A DNA stretch of 64,000 nt from Raillietiella orientalis (Eukaryota), in the NCBI GenBank assembly GCA_036172245.1, contig JAYWIR010000016.1:868001-932000 (forward strand). Direction: 5' to 3'. Both the position numbers and the translations under genes were made by a program. The notes under the pieces are model-generated. The model saw nothing but the letters and a program-made list of their open reading frames with translations. It searched no databases and had not been told where the DNA came from. Below are positions 1 to 11,863 of the stretch, one piece after another (the first letter of the stretch is position 1; each line of letters begins with the position of its first letter).

Positions 1-79
1 AAGTTTTAAGGAGGGCGCCAATTTTAATTGTAATTCCAATTAATCACGAAACAGTAAAAACGTTGACACATTGTTTTAC

Positions 80-450
80 CTTTATAAAATCCACGAAAAC
101 CTTCACTTTTTACTATACTCAGTGCACAGTCAAGTGTTCCTTTGTATAATGGAGGATATGTACTTGGCATGGTCTGTAATCTTACCTGAGAACACAATCT
201 TCCTTTAGAATGTTATTAAAACACAAAATTTAAGATCAAATTACTTTCGATATAGGAAAAAGTTTTGCTGCTTGAATTTGGATAACTTAATTCAATAGTT
301 CAGATCTATAAATCAAATTTGTGCAAATGTGATCATGGACAGACATACCTTCAGTGTATCTAAAGGATGACCAGCGATTACTAAACAAATCCCTCCAGCA
401 CCACCAGCAATGAAATTCTTAATTGGTGATGTTCGACTGGACTCAGCCAT
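80..450 (-). CDS. SLC25A20: Mitochondrial carnitine/acylcarnitine carrier (SLC25A20/dif-1/colt-like), first two exons; the gene continues beyond the window start
   Basis: Exons 450-349 ([34 protein letters not shown]) and 185-80 ([36 protein letters not shown]) are joined by a GT..AG intron. They contain the carrier signature P-x-D-x-x-K-V-R-L-Q and the Y.GT.DC...EG.RG.YKG motif. Confidence 0.85.
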
Positions 451-1156
451 TCTGAAATCATCACTGAGTAACCATGTGTACACACTGTACAAACACACAA
501 TTGATCTTTTGAACAATGAACATTGAATCTTTCAAATACATTCAGCATAATATTTACGAGCAGCTCACGGATTATCACGACGGAAAACGAGAAATGCTCC
601 CAATTTTTTTTTTCCAAAATTGTATCATAAGAAAACTTCGTCCCGGTTCTACAAGTCAGTTCTTTGTAAGTGCATGGCACAAATGCAAGCAATCTCCGGC
701 ATCATTTTCAAAACCAACCCACATTAATAGCACTTGAAACCAGGAAAATACTCCTCACAAGATCATGACATATACCAGGAAACGAATCCTACAAAATCCC
801 ATCGTCTAGACTAGGTCAAGTTGAACGGGGCTCGTGTAAACATTTTCGTACACTTTATGCGTACGATAAAAACGTACCTCACTTTTGCACCACGTCGAGG
901 TAATGCTTGCTGATTGCAAAGGGCCACGTAAGGCACTCAGATAATACCTTTGGTGGTTAAGATGAGCTCTCGACCGTCATTCTGCAACCAAAAAACGCAA
1001 CCTTTCCGGCTCGTGCCACAGCCTTCTGCCGGAGGGGGGGGGGAAGGGGGGCATTCCACGAGCACAGTTCTCCCAGACAGGAATGCGAAAGCTTCGTTCT
1101 CCCTGAGATAGCTGATCAAAAACAAAAATAAGATCGTCGTCGTTCAACGTCTGCAG

Positions 1157-4100
1157 GCACCATCGGTCGACTTCGTTTCGGCTATGTCTTCTTGCGGGGA
1201 AATACACCCCAAGCCGACGACCACTTCCCCCACCTTCCGTGTTTCCGCGGCAAAAACGGAAGCTCTGTTCGAGTCCCTTTGGGGAGCACAGGGGGAGAAG
1301 GGTCGCACGCTTCCTCCAGCTTGGGGGTGACCACGGAGAGCACGCAGCAAGCTTCCTCGCGTGGTTCTCCTTCTCTCCCGTCCTCCCCGGCTCCACGCCG
1401 TCTGCATCCCTGCCGGTTGTTGGGATGTGCTAAACGCTCGGGAAGGAGAGCTTTCCAAGCTGCCCGCTCTCTTGGACCTGCAGCATCATCAATCCCTCAC
1501 TTGAAAGATCGGTCGGTCAAGGAGCCTGCCCTCCTCCAGCCCGTCGCTCTCGGATCGGGTCGAAGAGTTAGGGAGGCGGAACAAAGTTTGATCCGCCAGG
1601 CTTCAGGCTCTTCCACTGCTGACCCGACTCGACCCCATGGCTGTGTATGGTGACGGGGGAGGGTTAAAGGGTCCGTCGAGGACGCCTCTTCGCAGGATGC
1701 TGTGAAACCAAAATTCAGGAAAGCCTCCACATCGCCCAGCCCTCCGAGATGCTCTCGTACTACCGGATGGTATCCACAAGCGTACTCAGTTGAATACACG
1801 CTTCTGCAGATCGTACATTGCAATTTTAAACTTTCAAGAAACATCTTGATTCCTACAGCGACAATCTTTGCATGCATAAAGGATCTCAGATAATCCAAAA
1901 ATCTTCCGGCACCCGAGCGCGAAGTCCAACCTCGCCCTACACCCAATCTCCCTCAACCGGTCTTGAGCGGGGATGCCAAAAACGATTCCTGCTAAAAGCA
2001 CATCGTCAGCACAGAATTTTGGAACGCGCCTTCTTCTTTTGGGAGTGGCGGTACCTCGGATCGTCGAATGAGGAATCGCAGATGAAAACACCACATGCAC
2101 TCCAACTTTGGGGATACTATGGGGGATACCAAATTGGGGATATGCACTCCAACTAGCGGATACGGATGACCCAAGTTTATGATCCTTCGCGTGGATTATA
2201 CGTGAGAATGCTTCTTTGCCTTTCTGGCATTCCAGAGCAAACGAGGCAGCCAAAGGGGTTGTAGGAACAGTCTGTCAGGTGATGCACTGGGAATCTCCCT
2301 TTTCTTGAAACTCCCAATGGAGTAGCTATTTTGAGTTTTCACATGCTGGACGTTTGCTGGAAATGGATCGGATCGTTTCGAATTGCTGGAATTTGGAAGG
2401 TCTTGAGAATAAACGTATTCTTTGGGAACAGTCTTGTGGACTCGAACACACAAGCATCCCCGTTTGAAACTGTGTACTGCACCCAAGGAGAATCTCAGTA
2501 TTTCCAGGGTCTCGTGTAGTACAAAATGACCGTTTTTGTGATCCTTGGCACGTCCTCATTGTGAGCATCGCTTGTGAAAGTACATCTCACTCGTTTAAAG
2601 GGAAATAACAGGAAATCCTAGCCAACCACTTCCTGTCACACAAAGGAGTTTGCCATTGTACAGGATATCAGCTCAAGGAGAGCTATAAGTCTAAGGCACC
2701 TCAAAGAAGTGTAATTAAAAATTGATGTACTCATTTATTCATCGCTTTTCAGTTCACGATCTCCATTATACTTCAAATCTGTATAAAAAACCGCATTGCT
2801 AAAATGCAGAATATTTGTAATGGGAAGAAGTTTGTGCATGAGCACCGGAAGTTTCATTGTGCCACTTAATTTCACTTGATAAGTGCAAAAGGGAAAGCCG
2901 TATACTGAATTTGTTGTGAACCTGCTGCAGCTATGAAAACCTGTAACATGGAGGCATATAATACCCCAAAACACACAGAGATAAAAAATGGCACGAGTGC
3001 AACTGGAATTAAGAAACTGTGCTTGAAACTGCAAAAGGAAAGCAAAATCCAGGATTGTCCCTCAGTCAGTGAGCTGACTGCTGAGCATCTTAAAGCACAC
3101 TCGACAGGAGAGTTTGTGACAACACAACCGCCAACGTCGTAAGCCTGCACCGCCAACTTGCCCTGAGGCATTGTGCCCGAAGGAATGGACCGGATGGCCA
3201 TCAGTTGGATCGAATTTGAGAAATGCATTTGATGAATGCATTTGAGAAATGCGAAAATGTGTTTCCTCTCTCTGCCACTTGATGAGACAACTGATGTCCC
3301 AAATGCTGCCGACAAGTGGTTGGCTCTATCGGGAAACGAGGCAAAGAAAGTCGTGGTTTTGCTGAAGATCCACTGCTGAAGAGCGGATTTCAATTCGAGG
3401 CACCGCCACCCGAAAAGACTTGTTCGAGCGAGCGGAAGCTGAAATTTCACTTGCCACGTGGAAACCTTGTGGGTGCAGCTACAGATGGAGAGAGAAAAAC
3501 AAGGTCTTGGGGCGTTGCCGAAAGAGGCATGGAAAGTTATGGGCCTTCCAGTTTAGTGTTCTACCACGGTGTCGTACCTCAAGACCATCTTCGTTCCCTG
3601 CTTCTGACCATGAATCCTGACCGTGTGACCGAGTGTGCATACCATTTCAGCTCTCCACCGTGGCTGCAGTCGATCGAAGCGATTTTCATCTGAACTCGAG
3701 GCAGAGGTCGAGCATCGTTATTCTTAGGTCAAGTGACTCGGGAAGGGTAGGACGTCGAAGCGCTTCTGGGAATCCAGACAAGACATTAATTCTGCTTATG
3801 GATGTGAAAGGTGATTCGGCCCTGGAACGCAGAGCAGCGGTTGCCTTTATGATGCAGCCTTTCTCGTGGATGTCTCCGGCCATTTGACAAGATCCGGGGT
3901 CGCATTTTGATCCCCGCCACCCAGTGGTGTCCTCAGCCCCATCTGAAACCAGCGTTTCCAAGCAACCTGAGGTATGCAAAAACCGAGCTCCCTACGATGA
4001 CTTGACACGTGACGACAAGCAGCGCAGCCGGCATCCGATGTGAAATGCGGAAAGGAATGCCAAAAGCCCAGAGAAGAACTTGAGGACAGGTCTGATGAAA

Positions 4101-7100
4101 TGCAAACGGAGCTGCGGTTACTTGCTGCTCGGTTCTTGGTACAGCCAGGGATGCCTTCCTCGATCTTTCAGCTCATCGAATGTACGAGCTGACAAACTCC
4201 GGACAGGAGTCGGTTACCGTCTACTAACTGAATTTCAAAAGACCCGTCTCCCTATTCGAATAAACGGAATGCCCCGAAAATGTGCACTCTGTTTGCAATT
4301 ACATACCGGCCACTAACAGTTTTCCTCAAAAATGGCCATCGCGGATTGCAAAAAATGCCCTCACAGATGGAAATCTTCACAGTCAACTCGGCATTCTGGA
4401 TTCACATTCTTGGAATCCGAGAATTTGATCCAGTTGGGAAATAACCACTTAGATTTTGAATCTTTTGCTTCCTCTCGAGAGTTGTTTTAACTAACCATAA
4501 ATTAAGATTGATTGTTTTGTTGAAAGCTTTAGGAATTTGAGTGTTGTAACCAAAGGTGCTTTTTTTTTTTTTTTTGCTCCCCTCTTTCACCTCTTCGCCC
4601 TTCGAGGCAGCCCTGGCAATCAGGCTAAGGAAACTCATCTATAGTCGAGTCGCTGAAACTAAAGAAAGATGTACAAAGTTACCGCCTCAGCACGCTCTTC
4701 TTGAACGGACATGCGGCCTTTTGTGGCCAAAAAAAGGATCTCCGTGAATGGTGAGCTACTAGATCTGAAGCAGATGGCCACATGCAGTCGGGTCAAATGC
4801 ATTTGTGATCTGAAGTAGCACAAATAATCTTTGGGAACAAAGAACGTTGTCCTGACTTCTTCGGTTGGCATTTCTCTGTTCTCAAGTCCAGATGCATGCA
4901 TCAACACACACGTGGAATATGACAGAAATGTGCAATTCCTTTTTAAAGAAAGGCTGCTGGAAATATGACCATAGTTTGTCGCGTAATTCGAGAACGACGC
5001 ACCCACCACCTTGGTTTCACACAATCGCAATGCCGCCGCTGTATGCATCAACGAGAGCACACTGTGAAAGCAGCATTCTTCCATGACGATCAGTCCTTTC
5101 GTGCTCGTGAATTTTGCATTTTCCATACCGTCTGGATGTGGAGCTTCAAGCCCAGAGGCAACGGCTGTGGAGCTGGGAGTGTTGGCATTGCAAGAAAGGA
5201 AGGATGGCGAAGACGGTAACCCTATGGTGACCGTTAGCATTGCAAGAGTTACTGAACAAAACTCAACAGGTGGGTTCCATCGACTCGCCGTGACGATTAT
5301 GTCAAAAAATTAACCTCGTATAAGTATCCTCAATACAAAAAGAGACCTCAGATTCCCTGTACCTTTTCTTTCGCAAATGCTCTCAAGAGGGCTGCTGATC
5401 ACATTTTAAAGTCTAGATTTTACCCACAGATGAGGTGCTAAAGACTGAACGCTTTTGCTAAGAATGCATCCCAGGAACAAAAAAAGGTCAAAGTTTCATT
5501 TTCCATATTCTGAAATCACGGAGTCGGAGCACGAAACTCTTTCATATCTGACATTTGGTACTTTCATCACTTTGCTGACACTCCGTCAGAAGAGTTTTTT
5601 CTCTCATGATTCCTGTGGATTTCGTTTCCCTTATTCAAATGAGCCTTGCATTTGCACGGGGTCATCAGAAACTTTAGCTTTAAACCGTGAATTTTTTTTC
5701 TTCCCTTTTTTATCCGATGAGGGATCAACGAGTGTTTTTTGTTTTGTTTCGTACAAAATTCCGAGAAGGTTGTTTCCTGAAAATGACTCCTTTCGGCAAA
5801 CAGATCTTTCGTTACTTTTACCTCTCTGCATTTGACCTCCTGATCGATAAATTATCTGCATCAACCGTGAGTCTGACCAAGCATTATCCACTTGAATTAC
5901 CGCTCTCTTGGTGATTTAAGTGGGGATCGTGATCTCAATGATTCCTACTGGCGTTAGCCGCACGAATCACTGTCCAGTTACTCATATTGAGACTCATTTG
6001 CTCAATTCGATCGAAAGTTGTACCTCTGAATCAGCAGAGGTGATCAGTCAGAGACCTCGGATTCTGGTATGGATTCCGTTTTACATTTATCCCTTTTACA
6101 AGAACCTTCAGCACGGCAACCACTGCGGCCCCGATTATCACGGTGTTCTTTCCGAAATTCAGAAATACATGATAGAAGCCTTTCATTTCCTTGGAGATGG
6201 CATTTGCCAGTGAGCTGAGTGACCATAACGCCTTCAGGTTTGAATTCCAGCATCGCTTCTTTTCCCGTTCGGTGCACGCTCATTGCATACGTTGGTGTTG
6301 CCGTGGTTTTCTGTGTGCTTTGCAGAAAAAGCGTGGAGATTTTCGCCCACGTTACTTTCCTCGAATGGATGGAAGAAGCATTTTCTTTTCTCTCAGTCAA
6401 TGACTGCAAAATTTCCTGGGAATTTTGGAGGTCTGATTGCCAGACTTTTTTTTTTCTTCGGTGAATTCCCATTCCCATTCACGGAGCTTAGCAGCAGTAA
6501 GGACTCTCCCTCTTAAACTGTACGTGGTCATGTGCCGGTTGTGAACAAACGATATAAAAATGGAAATTTGTCAATCATTGCATACATCTAAGTAATGGTC
6601 GTGCCAGTATTTCCTCTGCAATATCTAAATTGCTTGCAGCCAACTAACTCTGCAAGTCGAGTCATGGGGTGAGCGTGGGAAGTGTTCCCGTAAAGACATG
6701 CGATAGTAAGGTGACTCCGGAATACCACCAAGTGCTTCCTTTAGTTTCTTTGCCTTCCTCGGGCGGTCGAGGTCATCTGAATAGGTTCAAGGGATGGTGA
6801 GTGCTCAGCGCAACCACAGCCTGGTTTTAGTGCGGTGAAGGGTGGGATGAATTTCCCAGGTGCATTTTGCCACCTCCTTTGAATTGGGTCATCGACCTCT
6901 TGTGTGCCGAGTTATTGCGTCCTTTTTTTTTGTTTTTTTTTTTTAAAAAAAAGTGTCCAATGTCATGAGTGCACAGGAACTCAGAAGTGTATAAGATCAC
7001 TGTTCCGTAGATGTACGCATCGTCGATGAAGAGCTCCAATTTCATATTGACAATCAAAAATGTCTCTCCCTGTAATCGGATTGTGGTCCATAACAGCAAC

Positions 7101-10100
7101 CGTTTTCTGATTACTGGGAAAGATATTTTGCACTGACCTCGAATCAACGAGGGAATCGTTTCTGTGATCTGAATCAAAGGGAGGTTGGACAAAAGGGGAC
7201 ATCAGAAATAGGGGAAGCTTCAAAAGTACCAACTCGCTTCAAAGGCAGATTTGCACACCCATCAGATACGCTCATCCTGCGTTGAAGGAATCTCATATAT
7301 AGGTGGATAGAATGAATACAGTGTCTTCCGGTTGTTTGGGACACATTAGGGACAGCACGATTCCAACCACTTGAATCGGCTACCTCGGTTATGCCAAGTT
7401 ACACGGAAACAGAAAGAGGAAAACACACACACACACACACACACAGAAACCAACATTTTACTGAGCACTACAACTGAGCAAAAAATCAAATTGTATTCAA
7501 ATGGGTCATCGGAAGGATTAATCAAAATATTTCATCCTGAAACATTCTTGGTGTTGAAACGTTTCCTTATGGTGATGTGAATATCGGCGTCACTAATGCC
7601 CTGTTCGAGAGTGCGTTCGCTGCCACAAAGTCATTCTATTTAATACCTTGAAAACAAATTGCACGACAAATTAGAGAAGTCTTCTGATATTTGGACATGT
7701 AACATCGAAAGCAAGCATAGAGCGTGCTTACTGTGCGAGCATTCGTCCCTGGTGGTCGTTGGCGGTGCATCTCATCCATGCACCTTGCCGTGTTGTTCTG
7801 ATTGACAGTGAGTGAACCGAAGCAGCAGACATATCTCGCGTAGAATATGGACCACCTCCCATTGTTTTTTTGCACGAAATGGTCCAGCAGGAAGTTTCCT
7901 TGAACGCTGCGCATTCACTTGCACCAATTCGGATGCCGCCCCTCATTACTTTCGGCATCTTCGTGCCAATGTTTTCAGAGAGAAGACCTCCAACCGTTGC
8001 ATCTTCTGCAGCCGTCGTATTCGTCGTAACCTGCTGTGTGTGATCTTGGATACCTTCCAGTCGCTTTCTAACTTGTTGCAGCCTGAGAATGGTTTGGTAC
8101 CCTCTCTCGGCCGTTTTTGGCACCTCCAACACAGTGAGCCAAAAATTCCAGAGTCCTGGATTCTCTGGAGCCAACCATCGGCGGTAAGCTGTGGTACTCG
8201 GGAGGAGGTTAGCTTTCGAGCTTGCTTGCTTGGCTCTTGAAGACAACGTCCTCGATCGCTTCGGGGATGTGGTCTGCCAACCTCCAGAGGAAGATGCAAC
8301 GCCTTCAGATCTATGATTCCTGTCTCGCTGTCCCACACCCTGTGTTGCAAAAATGGAGATTCCAGCTGCAGGCTGTCCAGACGTTTGGACGTGCTGTACA
8401 AATATCAAGAGGCAGAGGAGGAAGGGCTTTGCTTGGTTTCCGCTGTGGAAGTCACACCACCTCCATCCCGCCTCGGTTGCTGTGGCTCCAAGAATTCACC
8501 TGTCCATCCTTTATTAGATTCCTCAGAGCACGTGCGTAAGTCAAATACCGCGATCGATCGAATTGAGGGAAGATGCAGTGTATAGAAGTTCAGAGTCCAA
8601 ATTGGGATCGGTTCATTGCTTCAGAATTTTCAGGGCTTCCAATTTTCATAATCGTGATTATGTACGCATACGTTCCAATCTCTTAAATGATGTTCTATTT
8701 CACAATACACATATGCTGAATGACCATCACTTAATTATGTATTTTATAGCCGATATTTGAAATCATATGTACATGCAAGGGCACGGAGTTTCAAAAAAGA
8801 GAAAGAAAATCCTGGCGGCTTTGCCCGTTTCGCTTACGTCCTCGAATATTCGTCCGAAATAAACGGCTGCCTTGTAAACTTGCGGTCTCCACTAACTGGA
8901 ATCCACTGCAGGTGGAAGGAGTATCTGGAGATGGGCAGCATCTTTCACGGTGGATCACTGAAACCTGAGATGAGGGCCTCACAACCTGATCTCGAGTACA
9001 TTCGCGTCCACTGCATACATATGCGCTTCTAATCGTGATCGTCCGCTTTTCTGCAATCTTCCATCTTCCTATTAGTCGCAGAAGTGGCTTAGAAACATAA
9101 CTAGGGGTCAGGCGTCTGGAGATCGGCATTCGCATTTCTATGGAAACACGAATGTTCCGTCTGTGGAGAAACAGTTCAAAGGTGGTTGGAACAGATAAGA
9201 GTCCTTTGCTTTCGGAGAGATAAGAAGAAAACTTCTTTTTTTGAATACATGCGTCCTTCTTTGTTTTTTTAGGTGGGATGAGGAGGGGTTGATGATGATT
9301 TTGGACACTTACGAGATGTGAGGCTCACAAAGTTGCTCTGGGCAGATTAGTTAAAGCACGGTCAACGTTTGCGATGAAGAACACGGAAGCTGTAAGAGAG
9401 CGGGATGAGAAATGCAACACATTTCAAAACTCTCGATAGTTGAGATCGGAAAGCGTGCATCTTTTTATTTCGGAGCATCAAACGCGGAGTGGATGTTGGC
9501 ACGGCCGCGGCAACAGAATTGAGGTAGTGGATGAGTGCGTGGAAAGCGATCTTTGGCCCAACAGCCGCAGTCTTAGGCGTTTTCACAGAATGTCTCATCC
9601 CAGCCGTGCTCTCGTCACCTTCATTTCCGCCCGGAGTCCCTTCACGTCCACCGCATTCCCAGCCGTTTGGGACGACCCGCGGGGGGAGTCCTCGTGGAAC
9701 GGGAGCGGGTTTCCAGCCTCCAGGACCCCGGATGCAAAGCATGGAAACCTGGGTTCTCGAAGAGGAACCGTCCGCAGCGGAGGACAGCAGCGAACTCTTC
9801 CGACCCTTGGAAAGACCCCTTTCGTCGAAGGTGAGTGGCGGTGGAGAGAACAGGGTGGGCGACGGACTAGGAAAACCACAGAGCACGTCGCGGACGCCCA
9901 CGTGCGCAAGCGCACATTCTGAGTCGCGGCGCACGAAGGCGTTGGGTGTCCACGGGTGAAGAATGGCAGTAGCAACGCAGCTAAAACGGTGCTCCTCCTT
10001 CCGTTTCTAACCGTCCAGGCCTTCTCAGAAGAGTGATGACCCAGTCGGGAACGCAAGAAATAAACAAAGGGGGAGGGAAGAAACAGAAACGTACGACGGC

Positions 10101-10193
10101 CGATGTTCGCAGCCACCGGGACTCTTTCAGCCAGCCGTGGGTCTCGAACGAGCGTTTCCCATTCTGAGGGCCCTCAGCCGCAACGAACCATGA
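1157..10193 (+). CDS. Hypothetical multi-exon orphan gene (possibly two genes); no recognisable domain
   Basis: Two chains of phase-compatible GT..AG exons with no stops. Chain 1: 1157-1511, 1600-1649, 1696-1769, 1839-2050, 2236-2278, 2612-2708, 2931-3138, 3728-3810, 3892-3971. Chain 2: 7675-7807, 7891-8183, 8243-8535, 8912-8995, 9273-9317, 9476-9523, 9663-9830, 10019-10193 (TGA). The start codon and the 4-7.6 kb linking exons are unresolved, and some splice sites are weak. Confidence 0.4.
7423..7444. repeat. (AC)11 microsatellite
   Basis: Uninterrupted AC dinucleotide run. Confidence 0.9.
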
Positions 10194-11272
10194 AGGTACC
10201 CCCCCCCCCTACCCCCTATGTACGGGTAAAGAACTTCGCAAAATGTTCGAGATTTACCATCAAGGAACAAAATAACAAGTGGTCGTTCCCACAACCACCA
10301 CCAGCATCGCCCTGTATCAACTTGCCCCCATGCCCAATCAAAATGAAGAAAGGAACGAACAAACAAAAAAACGATTCTTGTAGCAGAGCCTCTGAAGCAA
10401 CAGAACAGCGTCCCAGTGCCTAAAACCACCCCTGTTTCGCGCCGATACAAAGGAGAGGTATCTCAGGTTGGAGACGAGAACAAGGAGATTCATAAGGAGG
10501 TGGATGACCGGAGGGAGAGTACCACACAAGAGCTTTTTTCGACGATGTCTGCCTGTTGCAAAGTCCTGATGGTGGACCACAGGAGGAGACATCGAACCAC
10601 ACTGGATTGAGAGGGATGGATTCTCCAGCAGTACCCCGGTTCGATTCACCAGTCCAAACTCCGGATAGACGCATCCAAGGGGCAACTGTGGTCACACGAC
10701 GGCTTCGAGCGTTTGCACCGCCCTCAGCTCCAAGGCGGCTGGTTCTACATGCTCTAAATACGAAAAAAAATGAAGTAAGAGGCAGGATCGAAGCAGCGAT
10801 CGAGGAGAATTCTGTCGCTAAGGGACACTCCACGGCGTGCGCGGAGCGTGAACAGAACGCGCGGAGACACCGACGGCTCCACGTCCGAAGGTCTCCCTGC
10901 CCTCTTCGGTAGGAAAGGGAGGGAGGGGGGCGAAATCGGCGTGAAGCCTTAGTCGTTCCTCGAGCCCATCTCGATTTCGGACTCTTCCCTGACTGCTGCC
11001 GCCGTCCACCCTGTGCTTTCCTCCGCCACTCACCTACGACGAAAGGGGTCTTCCCAAGGGTCAGAAGAGTTCGCTGCTGTCCTCCGCTGCGGGCGGTTCC
11101 TCTTCGAGAACCCAGGTTTCCATGCTTTGCATCCGGGGTCCTGGAGGCTGGAAACCCGCTCCCGTTCTACGAGGACTCCCCCCACGAGTCGTCCCAACAT
11201 TTGGGAGTACCTAGGAACGCGATGGACGGGGAGGGACTCCGAGCAAAAATGAGGGTGACGAGAGCACGGTTG
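9600..11272. repeat. Inverted repeat, arms ~9600-9862 and ~11001-11272, each carrying a copy of the same exon
   Basis: The reverse complement of 11001-11272 aligns with 9600-9862. The ~174-nt core has 7 mismatches and the flanks are more diverged. Both arms retain an AG acceptor and a GTGAGT donor. Confidence 0.92.
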
Positions 11273-11863
11273 GAGGAGGCGCTGGCACTGTTGGGCGACA
11301 GACAGCAACCCGGAGGGGAGTTCCACAGGAACCTCGCCCGCAAAGGGGAAAGCTACAGGCGGATGACAGGTGGGAGGGAGGAAACAACCACCTGGAAACC
11401 GGACAGGCAAATCTTCGGTGGGGATCTGAAACAACTGAGGAAGGTGGCAGGGGATTTCTCATTTACAGGTGCGGAGGATGTGAGAGAGACGATATAAGGA
11501 GCAGCTCTCGTGGGTGGGCGTCTCGGAGGCCAAGCCGAGGCGCGAGAGTTGGCAGCCTTCTCTCGATGGTCATGTAGACTTCCTACTCAACGGAGAGGAG
11601 GAGGAGGAAGCACGTTAGCATCCGTGCCGGCGACGATGCTGTTTTGGGCACACTTTAGAAGAGAAACCCCTTAGGATGGGTACGCATCCCTAGGATTTAC
11701 ATTCCAATCTTTTATTCTAACGGCATCCCCTCCGCTTGAATTTTATACATGCGAATGTGTTGCTGGAGCACTGGGGTCGGGTGCATCCCGCCGCCTTACT
11801 CGGAGGACTCCACGGTTTAGGGCGGAGCCGTGACCATGACCACGGCTCGCAGGATCCGGGAGT

